From the NCBI GenBank assembly GCA_963798085.1, contig CAWCRS010000007.1:64001-128000 (forward strand): a DNA stretch of 64,000 nucleotides, read 5' to 3'. A program made the position numbers and the translations under genes. The stretch comes from an uncultured Gemmatimonadales bacterium. Lineage in GTDB: Bacteria > Gemmatimonadota > Gemmatimonadetes > Longimicrobiales > RSA9. The number at the start of each line of letters is the position of its first letter. Position 1 is the stretch's first letter. Of this stretch, positions 33,724 through 44,678 are shown in pieces. The notes under the pieces were generated by a model. That model searched no databases. It saw nothing but the letters and a program-made list of their open reading frames with translations, and was not told where the DNA came from.

Positions 33724-34388
33724 CTGCTGAAGGGACAGGACGAGGCAAGGGGGCACTGGGGGCAGAGGGGCGTACGCAGGCAGAGCGTCTGGCCGTGACG
33801 GCGCAGCAGCTGCCAGGCTTCGATGAGGGGCGCGAAGCCGGCGGGCAGGGACTCCGCTAACAGGCTGGTAGCCGCGCGGTGGGCGGTGGCGTAGCGCTTC
33901 GCATCCGGTGCCAGGCCGAGGCGCTGCAGCACGCGCAGGCCGTTGGATTCCAGCGCGGGTACGGCGTACGCGCCTGCGAACAGCAGGATCCTGTCCGCGC
34001 CGGGCTGTCCGATGCCCGGAAACTTCTGCAGCGCACGGCGGGCCGCGGGCAGTGGCTGGTGCACGGCTTCGTCCAGATCACCGTTGAACTCGTCGAGCGC
34101 CATCTCTGCTGCTCTGCGCAGCTTTGCTGCCTGCTGTCCGGAAAGAATCCCCTGGCCGGCCACCGCTTCCAGCCGCTCCTCCTCCACCGCGAGGATCTGC
34201 TCCGGCCGCAGCCCGACGTCGCGCCGCAACGCATCGAAGGCCGCCATTCTGTGCGCATCATCGACGAGGTAGGCGACGTTCTCCCACACCACCTGCTCGA
34301 ACGGCCGCACCACCACCGGCGCCTCCTGCGGCCCGTAGTATTCGCGCAGCGCCTGGAGCAGCCCGTCCACCGTCAACGCCGAACCCAT
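33711..34388 (-). CDS. HhH-GPD/endonuclease III-like protein with 4Fe-4S motif
   Basis: LQKFPGIG HhH motif; C-terminal CLRTPLCPQCPLASSC; GGAGG RBS. Confidence 0.82.
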   Translation of the reverse strand: MGSALTVDGLLQALREYYGPQEAPVVVRPFEQVVWENVAYLVDDAHRMAAFDALRRDVGLRPEQILAVEEERLEAVAGQGILSGQQAAKLRRAAEMALDEFNGDLDEAVHQPLPAARRALQKFPGIGQPGADRILLFAGAYAVPALESNGLRVLQRLGLAPDAKRYATAHRAATSLLAESLPAGFAPLIEAWQLLRRHGQTLCLRTPLCPQCPLASSCPFSSNRG

Positions 34389-34471
34389 CGCCACCTCCGC
34401 GCCGTGAAGGGGACCCACGATTCGCAGGACACTCGCAGCAGCCCGACGCAAGCAACCAGGCCTGGGCAGTC

Positions 34472-34663
34472 AGCCCCGGCAACGCATTGATTCCGGATCC
34501 ACCAATCTGTTCCCCAGCAACCAGCGCCAGCAACCAGCCCCAGCAACGCAGTTGATCCATGACACCCGCCCCAGCCCGAGCCAAAGCCCCAGCAACGCAG
34601 TTGATCCGTATGCGTCGATCCCAGCCCCAACCCGAGCCGCAGCCCGAGAAACGCAGTCCTGAC
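34472..34663. repeat. Cluster of four 23-bp direct repeats
   Basis: AGCCCCAGCAACGCAGTTGATCC exact at 34536 and 34585; degenerate at 34472 and 34641. Confidence 0.85.
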
Positions 34664-34689
34664 AATCGGGGTACAACCGCGCCTCGAAA

Positions 34690-37600
34690 ATGCCAAACGA
34701 CGCCGATACCGCCCTCGCCTCTTTCCATCCCGCCGTAGCGCGCTGGTTCGCGGAACGGCTGGGCGTGCCGACGCCCGCTCAGGTGCGCGGCTGGGAAGCC
34801 ATCCGCTCGGGCCGCGACACCCTCATTGCGGCGCCGACCGGCTCGGGCAAGACGCTGGCTGCGTTCCTCAACGCCATCGACGAGCTGCTGCGCGAAGGCG
34901 TCACACAGCCATTGCCGGACGAGGTGCGCGTCGTATACGTATCGCCACTCAAAGCGCTGTCCACCGACATCCACAAGAACCTGGCGGAGCCTCGCCGGGA
35001 GATCCGCCAGCTGGCCGAGACCATGGGATTGCCGCCCGTGCGCATCACGGCAGCGGTGCGCACCGGTGACACGCCGCAGGCGGAACGCGCGAGCATGCTG
35101 CGCACGCCGCCGCACATCCTGGTCACGACACCCGAATCGCTGTACCTGCTGCTCACCGCGGAGCGCGGCCGCCAGATGCTGCGCACCGTGCGCACCGTGA
35201 TTGTGGACGAGATCCACGCGGTGATCGAGTCCCGTCGTGGTTCGCATCTCGCCCTCTCGCTCGAGCGTCTGCAGCACGTAGCCGGCCGGCGACTGCAGCG
35301 CATTGGCCTGAGCGCCACGCAGCGGCCCATTGAAACCGTCGCAGAATTCCTTTGCGGGCAGGGAAGCGCGCAGGGCGCCACGTCTCTGTGCCCCGGAAAC
35401 CAGCCCCAGCAACCAGAAACCAGCAACGCAGTTCGATCCGTTCAGTGTGCGATCATCGACGAGGGCCACATCCGCGAATGGGACCTCGCCATCGAGCTGC
35501 CCGGCTCGCCACTCAGCGCCGTGATGGCGTCCGAAGTCTGGCAGGAGCTGTTCGAGCGCATGGTACAGCTGGTGAGCGAGCATCGCACCACGCTGATCTT
35601 CGTCAACACCCGACGCCTGGCGGAACGGGTCGCGCGCGCCCTGAGCGAACGGCTGGGCGAAGCGGCCGTGACCGCGCACCACGGCAGCCTGTCCAAGGAA
35701 ACACGGCTCAACGCGGAAGAGCGACTGAAGGGCGGTAAACTGCGTGCGCTGGTTGCTACCGCCTCGCTCGAGCTGGGCATCGACATCGGTCACGTCGACC
35801 TCGTCATCCAGATCGCGTCGCCGCGCCGGATTGCCGACGTTCCTGCAGCGCGTGGGTCGATCCGGTCACACGGTGGGCGGGCGTCCCAAAGGGCAGACTG
35901 CTGCCGACTCACGCGCGATGACCTGGTCGAGTGCGCGGCGCTCATCGGCGCCGTGCGTAATGGCGAGTTGGACCAGCTGATCCTGCCGCCGCGGCCGCTG
36001 GACGTGCTGGCGCAGCAGCTGGTGGCGGAAAGCGCGGCCGAGGACTGGGCGGAGGACGACCTGTTCGCCCTCGTGCGCGGCGCCTGGCCGTACCGCGACC
36101 TGGACGCGCGCCACGTTCGACGACGTGCTCGAGATGATCGCGCACGGCTTCTCCACCCGCCGCGGCCGGCGAGGCGCCCTGGTGCACCGCGATGCCGTGA
36201 ACCATCGCGTACGCGGCCGCCGCGGCGCCCGCCATATCGCCATCACCTCGGGGGGCGCGATTCCGGAAATCGCCGACTACCGCGTCGAGCTGGAGCCCGA
36301 GGGCACATTCGTGGGCACGCTCAACGAGGATTTCGCGGTGGAGAGCGCGGTCGGCGATGTGTTCCAGCTGGGCAACACGTCGTGGCGCATCCTGCGCATT
36401 CTGCCGGGCGTCGTGCGCGTCGGCGATGCGCAGGGCGAGCCGCCTAACATCCCGTTCTGGCTGGGCGAAGCACCTCACGCAGCAACGAGCTGTCGCGCGC
36501 GGTCTCCGACCTGCGCGCCCGCGTGGACCGGCTGCTCGAGGAACACACGAGCGAGTCGGCGGCCGACCTGACCGGCATGGTCGCGGATAGGCTGGGCACT
36601 CGCGCGACTCGCGGCCGCACAGATCGTCGAGTACCTGGCCGAGACCCGCCGCGCCCTGGGCGCCATTCCCACGCAGGAAACGCTGATCCTGGAGCGCTTC
36701 TTCGACGAGGCGGGCGGCATGCAGCTCATCCTGCACTCGCCGTTCGGCGGCCGCGTGAACCGCGCCTGGGGACTGGCGCTGCGCAAGAAATTCTGCCGCA
36801 CGTTCAACTTCGAGCTGCAGGCGGCCGCCACCGATGATGGGCTGCTGCTCTCGCTCGGCCCGCAGCACTCGTTCCCGCTGGATGACGTGTTCCACTACCT
36901 GCAGCCTGCCACCGTGGGAAGCATGCTGGTGCAGGCCGTGCTGGATGCGCCGGTGTTCCAGACGCGCTGGCGCTGGAACACGACGATTATCACTGGCCAT
37001 TCCGCGCAACCGCAACGGGCGCAGGATCGCGCCGCAGATCCAGCGCATGCAGGCGGAGGACCTGCTGGCGGCGGTCGTTTCCGGATGCGGCAGCCTGCCT
37101 CGAGAACATTGCCGGCGATCGCGAGGTGCCGGACCACCCACTGGTGACGCAGGCGCTGACGGACTGCCTGCGCGAGGCGATGGACCTGCCGCAGCTCGAG
37201 GCCGTGCTGACACGCGTGTTCGCGGGCGAGCTGCGTCTGCTGGCGCGCGACACGCCCGAACCTTCGCCCATTGGCCACGAGCTGATCAACGCGCGGCCCT
37301 AGGCGTTCCTCGACGATGCGCCGCTGGAAGAGCGCCGCACGCAGGCCGTCTACACGCGACGGGCGCTCGAGCCCACTTCTGCGGGCGACCTGGGCGCGCT
37401 CGACGCCGCGGCCATTGAACGCGTGCGTGAGGAGGCGTGGCCCGACGCCGAGAGACGCCGACGAGCTGCACGATGCGCTGCTGACCGGCGGGTTCCTGCG
37501 CGCGGACGAGGTGCGCGACGATCGCTGGCCCGTCTGGCTGTCCGAGCTCGAGGCGAGTGGCCGCGCCGCGCGCGTGCTGGTGGCCCTGACGGGGGCGAGG

Positions 37601-39226
37601 ACGCAGGTGCACGAAGCTGGACGCGACGACGTCGCCTCCAGCATTCCGTCCAATGGCAAGCTCGCGCTGACGCTGTGGTTCGCAACGGAACGCCTGCCGG
37701 AGCTGTGCGCCACGCATGCGGACGCGCACATTGAGGCGCAGCGCACGCGGCCCGAGGGCGCCGCGCTGCCCGACCGCAGTGACGCCGTGCGCGAGCTGCT
37801 GCGGAGCCGGATGGAGATCGTGGGGCCAACGTCGGCCGCCGCACTGGGTGCATCACTCGGTGTTACCGAGATCGATGCCGATGCGGCGCTCGTCGCCATC
37901 GAGGCGATGGGCGCAGTGCTGCGCGGCTCGTTCACCCCCGGCACGCAGCTGCGCGAATGGTGCGACCGCCGCCTGCTCGCGCGCATCCATCGCTACACGC
38001 TGGGCCGGCTGCGCGCGGAGATCGAGCCGGTCAGCGCCGCGGATCTGCTGCGCTTCCTGTTCCGCTGGCAGCGCGTGCAGCCGGACGATCGCGCGGCCGG
38101 TCTCGAAGGGCTCGCCGCGGTGATCGGCCAGCTGGAGGGGTTCGAGCTGCCGGCCGCGGCATGGGAAGGCGATGTGCTGCCCGCGCGCTGCGCCGACTAC
38201 TCGCCCGAACTGCTCGACATGCTCTGCCTCAGCGGGCGCGTCGCCTGGGGACGCCTCGCCGCGCGCAACGCGAACGGCACTGTCAGCGGGCCCCTGCGCA
38301 CCTCGCCCATCGCGCTGCTGCAGCGGTCCGATGCCCAGGCCTGGTTGCGCGCGGAGGATGCCGGTGATGGCGAGCTGCCGACGAACACGGCGGAAGTGCT
38401 GCGCGTGCTCGAGCAGCGCGGCGCCTGCTTCTTCCACGAGATCGTCGCACAATCACGGCTGCTGTCGACCCAGGTCGAGCAGGCGCTGGGTGAGCTGGTG
38501 GCGCTGGGTCGCATCACCGCAGACAGCTTTGCCGGCATGCGGGCGCTGCTCACGCCCTCGGCAGAACGCCGCAATGGCAACGGCCGGCGTCGCAAGCAGC
38601 CGCGCTGGACCGTCGAAACCGCGGGTCGCTGGTCATTGCTGCCTCGTCAGTCCGAGGCCGCAGCGCCCGAAGCGGCGGGACTGCACGACGATCCATCCGT
38701 CGAGTTGCGCGCGCGCGCACTTCTCCGCCGCTGGGGCGTGGTGTTGCGGCGACTGCTCGAGCGCGAGAGCAATGTGCCGTCCTGGCGCGACCTCGTCCGC
38801 GTGTACCGCCGCATGGAGGCGAGAGGCGAGATCCGCGGCGGCCGCTTCGTCAGCGGATTCGCCGGCGAGCAGTTCGCACTGCCCGAGGCCGTGGGTCAGC
38901 TGCGCGCAGTGCGGCGCGAGGAAGGGAAGGGCGCACTCATTGCAGTGAGTGCCGCCGATCCGCTCAACCTGGCCGGCATCCTGACGCCCGGCGATCGCGT
39001 ACCGGCGCTCGCCACCAATCGCGTGCTCTTCCGCGATGGCATTCCCATCGCATTGCTCGAAGCCGGCGAGGTGCACTGGCTGGTACGCGTGAGTGCGGAG
39101 GAACAGCGCGCACTCGAGCGCGCCCTGATCCAGCGCGCTACACCGGCCGAGCTGCGTGCGTACCTGCGCGTCAACCGCATGCGCAGCCCGCGGCGCAAGC
39201 CTGCACGCGCCGCGAGCGAGGCCTGA
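34690..39226 (+). CDS. lhr: Long-form Lhr DEAH helicase (about 7 frameshifts and one TAG at 37300)
   Basis: [81 protein letters not shown]. Confidence 0.88.
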
Positions 39227-39327
39227 CCGCCGGCGCAAGCCACCCACCACAGCCGTTTGCACCCGCGCAGTCCTGCGCAGTAGCTTGGCCGGACCCCCGC
39301 CGGGCAACTCCTGACGCAACGGTGATC

Positions 39328-40608
39328 ATGCGACGTGTCCGCCTCAGGCTCCTCGCCGCGCTTGCCGGCGCTCTGGCCATGGCCGCACCCATTGAGGCGC
39401 AAATGAAAGCAGTCCGATTCGGCACACTGGTGGACGGCACCGGTCGCACCGTGAAGGATGCCGTGGTCGTCATCCAGGGCGACCACGTCACGGCGGTGGG
39501 CACTGGTAACAGCGCTGTTCCGGCAGGCGCCGACGTCATTGACCTGCGCCGCTACACCGGCATACCCGGCATGATCGATGTGCACACGCACATGACGTAC
39601 TGGTGGGACCAGCAGCCGGGCACGCAGCCGTGGTCACAGCAGGGGCGGCGCCAGAGCGCCGTCACCGTGTTCATGGCGCAGGAGAACGCGCGACGCACAC
39701 TGGAAACCGGTGTTACCACGGTGCGCGACCTGGGCGCATCCGAGTACGGCGACATTGCGTTGCGCGACCTGATCCAGCGCGGCGCCATGGTCGGGCCACG
39801 CATGTTCGTCGCGGGCTACGGTCTCACGCGCCAGCGCAATGCGGCACGGGCGGGTGCACCGCCCGGCGCACCGCGGGGCCGCATTGCCGACATTGCGGAC
39901 ATTCCCATTGCCGTGAAGGCACAGGTCGATGCGGGCGCGGACTGGATCAAGATGTACGGCTCGACCGGCAGCGGCGCCGATGTCACCGGCGACCAGACGT
40001 TCAGCTTCGACGAGATGAAGGCGGCCGTCGATGCCGCGCACGCGCTGAATCGGCGGATCGCGATTCATTCGTACGGCCCGGAAGGCGGACGCGACGCGGT
40101 GCGCGCGGGCGCGGAGTCCGTCGAACACGCCGTCGATCTCGATGACGCGACACTCGCGGAGATGGCGAGTCGCGGAACCTTCTACGTGCCCACCATCGAC
40201 CACAACCGGTACTACGCGGAGTATCGCGAGGAGTTCGGTTACACGACGGAGCAGGCGGCCGCACTGGATGCCTATCGCGCGCGCAACATTGAAACTGCGC
40301 GTCGCGCGTTCAAGGCAGGCGTGAAGTTCGCCATGGGCTCGGATGCCGTGTTCACCATGTTCGGACAGAACACACGCGAACTGGGCTGGTTCGTGCAGAT
40401 CGGCATGACACCGGCCCAGGCGCTGGCCACCGCGACGACGAATGCTGCTGCGCTGTTAGGCATGCCGCAGAGCCTGGGCGAGATCGCGGCCGGGTTCTTC
40501 GCCGACATGGTGGCCGTGGAAGGCGACCCGCTCGCCGACATCCAGGTCGTCACTGACAGGGTGCGCTGGGTCATGAAGGGCGGCGCCGTCGTCGTCGACA
40601 AACGCTGA
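39328..40608 (+). CDS. Secreted amidohydrolase (Xaa-Pro dipeptidase-like)
   Basis: Signal peptide; PGMIDVHTH, GVTTVRDLG, DWIK, AIHSYG, SVEH, MGSDA. Confidence 0.9.
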   Translation: MRRVRLRLLAALAGALAMAAPIEAQMKAVRFGTLVDGTGRTVKDAVVVIQGDHVTAVGTGNSAVPAGADVIDLRRYTGIPGMIDVHTHMTYWWDQQPGTQPWSQQGRRQSAVTVFMAQENARRTLETGVTTVRDLGASEYGDIALRDLIQRGAMVGPRMFVAGYGLTRQRNAARAGAPPGAPRGRIADIADIPIAVKAQVDAGADWIKMYGSTGSGADVTGDQTFSFDEMKAAVDAAHALNRRIAIHSYGPEGGRDAVRAGAESVEHAVDLDDATLAEMASRGTFYVPTIDHNRYYAEYREEFGYTTEQAAALDAYRARNIETARRAFKAGVKFAMGSDAVFTMFGQNTRELGWFVQIGMTPAQALATATTNAAALLGMPQSLGEIAAGFFADMVAVEGDPLADIQVVTDRVRWVMKGGAVVVDKR

Positions 40609-40645
40609 GTCAGAAACCCCGACACAAAGTCCCGGGAGGAGCCTC

Positions 40646-41962
40646 GTGGAGCTCGAGCTGGAGAGACCGCCGGTCCCTGCCACACCGCCCGCCGCGGGCA
40701 CACCAGAGTGGAACGCCGCGAAGAAGATCGGCTTCCGCTTCCTCGTTGCCTACACCGTGCTCTACAGTCTGCAGCACCTGCTGGGCAACCTGCCGCTGCT
40801 CGGCGTCACGGCGGGTCCATGGCTCAAGCTCATGGACGCGTCCGTGCTGTGGCTGGGCAGGCACCTCTTCGGATTGACCATCACGGTCCGTCCTGCCGGG
40901 AGCGGGGACACCACCTGGAATTACGTGCAGCTGATCTTCTTCCTGATTGCCGCGGCATTGATAACAGCAGTGTGGACGGCCGCGGACAGGAAGCGGCCCG
41001 ACTATGCGCGGCTGTACGACTGGCTGCGTGTCTTTGTGCGCTACACCCTGGGCACCATCATCATTGGCTACGGCGCGTACAAGGTGGTGCCGAGCCAGTT
41101 CCCGTTCCCGTTCATCGACCGTATGCTCGAGCCGCTGGGCAACTTCTCGCCCATGGGCCTGCTGTGGACGTTCATGGGCTATTCGGCTGCGTACAATGTG
41201 TTCTGCGGTCTGGTCGAGCTGACCGGTGGCATCTTCCTGTTCTATCGGCGCACTACCACGCTGGGTGCGCTGCTCAGCCTGCTCGCCATGGGCAATGTCG
41301 TCATGCTCAACTACGCGTACGACGTGCCCGTCAAGCTGTTCTCCACACACCTGCTGGCCATGGCCATCTTCCTGCTGGCGCCCGATGCGCGGCGGCTGAT
41401 CGATACGATCGTGCTGAACCGGGCCTCGACCGCCCGCCCCGAGACGCGGCCGTTCCGCGACCGCCGATTGAACATTGCCGGCTTCGTGCTCGGCCAGATC
41501 ATCCTGGGCTGGGCACTGTACTCGACTTTCGCTCTCTCCATCCGCTTCAACCGCCAGTTCGCGGGCTATCGCACAAACACACCGTTATACGGCGTCTACG
41601 ACGTGGAGAGCTTCGCGCTCAATCACGACACGCTGCCGCCGCTGATCACGGACACGGTACGCTGGCGGCGGGCCGTGTTCTATACGCCGAATGCCATTGC
41701 CATCCACCTGATGAACGACGCCCAGCGCGGGTTCCGCGCCCAGACCGATACCGCCGGCCACACACTGTCCCTGATCACCGGCGCGGACACCACGAAGAAG
41801 GCCGTGCTGGCCTGGACACGCCCGGACTCGACACACCTCACGCTCGATGGCGTGCTGCGCGGCGACACGATCCACGTGCGTATGAAGCGCTTCGATGAGC
41901 AGAGCTTCTTCCTCATCAGCCGCGGCTACCACTGGATCAACGAGCGGCCGCTCAACCGCTGA
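40646..41962 (+). CDS. DoxX-like membrane protein
   Basis: Multiple TM segments; YGAYKV..QFP, SPMGLLWTFMGYS, LNYAYDVPVKLFS, SRGYHWINE.P.NR. Confidence 0.8.
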   Translation: MELELERPPVPATPPAAGTPEWNAAKKIGFRFLVAYTVLYSLQHLLGNLPLLGVTAGPWLKLMDASVLWLGRHLFGLTITVRPAGSGDTTWNYVQLIFFLIAAALITAVWTAADRKRPDYARLYDWLRVFVRYTLGTIIIGYGAYKVVPSQFPFPFIDRMLEPLGNFSPMGLLWTFMGYSAAYNVFCGLVELTGGIFLFYRRTTTLGALLSLLAMGNVVMLNYAYDVPVKLFSTHLLAMAIFLLAPDARRLIDTIVLNRASTARPETRPFRDRRLNIAGFVLGQIILGWALYSTFALSIRFNRQFAGYRTNTPLYGVYDVESFALNHDTLPPLITDTVRWRRAVFYTPNAIAIHLMNDAQRGFRAQTDTAGHTLSLITGADTTKKAVLAWTRPDSTHLTLDGVLRGDTIHVRMKRFDEQSFFLISRGYHWINERPLNR

Positions 41963-41968
41963 CACGTC

Positions 41969-42597
41969 GTGCGCCGCAGGCGGCTCGGGGATCAGGCGAC
42001 GACGTCACTCGGATTCCGCGTCAAATCCGGAAACGCCATAGCCGTGCTGGTGCGCGGGACAATGCCTGATGCCGAGGCGCTCGACCGCCGCATTGTGCCT
42101 TTGGCCGATCCCGCCACGCCCGCGTCGGCGCAGCCCTGGCACGCCACGTTCATGCCCTTTACCGCCAACGACGCACGTGCAGTCAGGCGGCTGGCCAGCC
42201 TGGTGCGGCGCTGCACAGACCGCTCCGTCAATGAGCTGTTAGCACACTACAAGGCTTCGGGTCACGACGTGACTGCCGCCGGCATCGTGGGCGGCGGCAC
42301 GGGCGATCCGGCACGCATTGGCAACGAACACATCCCGCGCGCATGCCCTGGAAGGCCGACTATTCCGCGACGCGCTGGCGGCGGCGCTGCGCACTGCGGG
42401 CATTCGAGCCCTCAGTCTTCGCCGACCGCCAGCTCAGGGCGGCTACGCTCGACGCGTTCCCCATCGACCGGCAACAACTCACGCAGCGGCTGCGTGCCAT
42501 GGGCCAGCCGCTGGGCCCACCCTGGCGCTCTGACCATCAGCTCGCCTGCCTCGCCGCTTTGCTCGCTGCGCACGGCGGACCACGCGAGGGACGCTGA
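41969..42597 (+). CDS. Hypothetical protein (two frameshifts near 42335 and 42412)
   Basis: LGFRVKSG..AV, QPWHA, HALEGRLFR, GPPWRSD across three frames. Confidence 0.6.
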
Positions 42598-43117
42598 GCA
42601 CAGCCGCGACCCAACCCGCTGTTCAGTCGCTGGCATATCTACTGCTGATAATGATCGAGACGAGCTCCAGCCGCCGCCAATCGAGACAGGATTGGACGCA
42701 GTCGGCTGTCCGACGCCAGAAAACTGACCCTGCTCAGGGCCGGGTCGGCATGCTCCGGGCTTCGCCCGGCCGGGGACCGGAGAGCGGGACGACGGAGCGA
42801 AGATCGGACTCGAAACCCCAACAGACTGTTTGGTACCCGCCACAGCGACTGCCAGGATACAGGCAGCGGGCTTCGAACGAGTCAGAATCGGACAATTGCG
42901 GGGCGCTACGCCCCATCCCGCGTTCGTCGCCTGGAGCGCCGGATATGACACATTGTTAGGTCCGCAGGTAACTTGCCCTGGAACCGAGGGCGCGGTCCTG
43001 CACGACAATCTGCGTCCACCCTACAGCGTCTGCCAGTGCCCGCTGCGATGATCCATGTCGGCTGCTCATTCAACAGGTGTAAGTCGGGATCGAACCTTCA
43101 TGCGCAGGGAGGCGCAG

Positions 43118-44578
43118 ATGCTTCCTCGAATTCGAAGTTCCACGGTTGCAGCGTGTGCCTTCGGACTGCTTGCGGCGTGCGCCGATCAGACCACAGGACC
43201 ATTTACCAGCGCACCGGCTGCCTATCTCATGGCGGACTACACGGCTCGAGATCTGGACGTCAGCAACTCGCCATGGAGCCTGGCAACCGGAATCAACGAC
43301 GCGGGCGCTATCGTCGGCGCAACCGGCTCCTCGCCGCCCCGCTTTCCGTGGGCATTCCTCTGGCGCGACGGCACCATGTTCGCGTTGGGTGTGGACCGGA
43401 TGGGCACGTGGGAAATGATCGGGGTCGACTACCCGCTGGCAGAGGATATCAACAACGCCGAGCAGGTGGCCATAACCGGTCAAAACAACGATGCCAATTC
43501 GTTCGCGTTCCGATGGGAGAACGGCACGATCCAGGATATCCTGTCGTTCAACAGCAGGTTCATCGAGGCGCGCGCCATCAATTCCGCTGGATCCGTGGTC
43601 GGCGTGAGCGGAGTCATGACCAACGAGTGGGAACCGCTGCCACCGATCGGCTTCGTCTGGAACGGCTGGATGGGAGGGCTCCCGCCACTGCCCGGCCACG
43701 AGAGGAGTGAGGCGCTGGACATCAATGACGCCGGTTCCATCGTGGGCGGGTCCTCAGGCCCCAGCTGGTGCGCTCCGCCTCCCGAGTCCGGCCGATGTGC
43801 CGGCCGGGCCGTGATGTGGCGCGGCGGGACGGTCATCGACCTGGGGACGCTGGGCGGCACCGCGGCGATCGCGACCGGCATCAATGACCGGGACCAGGTT
43901 GTTGGCTGGAGCACGACCGCCGGGAACGCCGCTGCGCACGCTTTCATCCGGGACAATGGTGTCATGACTGACCTGGGCACGCTGGGCGGCAACAGCTACG
44001 CCGAGGACATCAACAACCAGGGTCGTGTCGTGGGCGTCAGCTACCTCACGCCCAACGTGTACCACGCCGTGGTGTGGAATCGCGGGCAGATCCGTGACCT
44101 TGGCACGCTCGGCGGTGCTAACAGCGAGGCCAGGGCCGTCAACGCGAGTGGCGTGATCGTCGGCGTCAGCGATCTTCCCGGCAACACAGCCTATCACGCC
44201 ACGGTCTGGACGCCCGGCACGACCGTTCTGCCGAACAACCTCAATGTGCTTCCCAGCGACCCGGCCAACAGGATCCCGTGCCACAACCCGGATTACATGA
44301 TTCGTGTTGCCGTGCTGACACGCGGCCGGTTCGATGCGGCCAGCATTGATCCCGGGAGGCTGTCATTCGCGGGCGGGTACGCGACGTATGAGGGCTGGGA
44401 TTCCTTCGAGATCGCACACTACAAGGACGTCGACGGTGATGGTGATCTTGATCTGCTTGTGAATGTGCCGTTCATTTCCACGAACCTGAATTGCTCGTCC
44501 ACGCAGTTCGTGGTGACTGGCATGCTGCCTTCGGGACAGCCCATCATGATGATGGATCGCGTGCAGATGGTGAAGTGA
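43118..44578 (+). CDS. HAF-repeat extracellular lipoprotein
   Basis: LAAC lipobox; repeated A..IN..G.VVG and DLGTLGG; HAF; C-terminal DVDGDGDLD; GGGAGG RBS. Confidence 0.88.
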   Translation: MLPRIRSSTVAACAFGLLAACADQTTGPFTSAPAAYLMADYTARDLDVSNSPWSLATGINDAGAIVGATGSSPPRFPWAFLWRDGTMFALGVDRMGTWEMIGVDYPLAEDINNAEQVAITGQNNDANSFAFRWENGTIQDILSFNSRFIEARAINSAGSVVGVSGVMTNEWEPLPPIGFVWNGWMGGLPPLPGHERSEALDINDAGSIVGGSSGPSWCAPPPESGRCAGRAVMWRGGTVIDLGTLGGTAAIATGINDRDQVVGWSTTAGNAAAHAFIRDNGVMTDLGTLGGNSYAEDINNQGRVVGVSYLTPNVYHAVVWNRGQIRDLGTLGGANSEARAVNASGVIVGVSDLPGNTAYHATVWTPGTTVLPNNLNVLPSDPANRIPCHNPDYMIRVAVLTRGRFDAASIDPGRLSFAGGYATYEGWDSFEIAHYKDVDGDGDLDLLVNVPFISTNLNCSSTQFVVTGMLPSGQPIMMMDRVQMVK

Positions 44579-44678
44579 CATTTTCTCGGCGCTCCTGCGC
44601 GCATTCGCGAACGGCTCCATCGCGAAACGCGCAGGAGCCACCCGGCACCTCCGCACAGGCGCCACACCACAACAGAGG

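Noticed and set aside
34472..34663. CRISPR array
   Set aside because: Only two exact repeats, irregular periods, low-complexity spacers, and no cas genes in the window.
37300..37302. TAG in lhr as pyrrolysine or stop-codon recoding
   Set aside because: It falls at a position expected to be Tyr (TAC/TAT) in an error-rich gene, other genes here end in TAG, and no pyl genes are seen.
42880..42930. Cobalamin riboswitch (minus-strand CCCCGCAATTGT)
   Set aside because: The other conserved elements and a downstream B12-related gene are missing.
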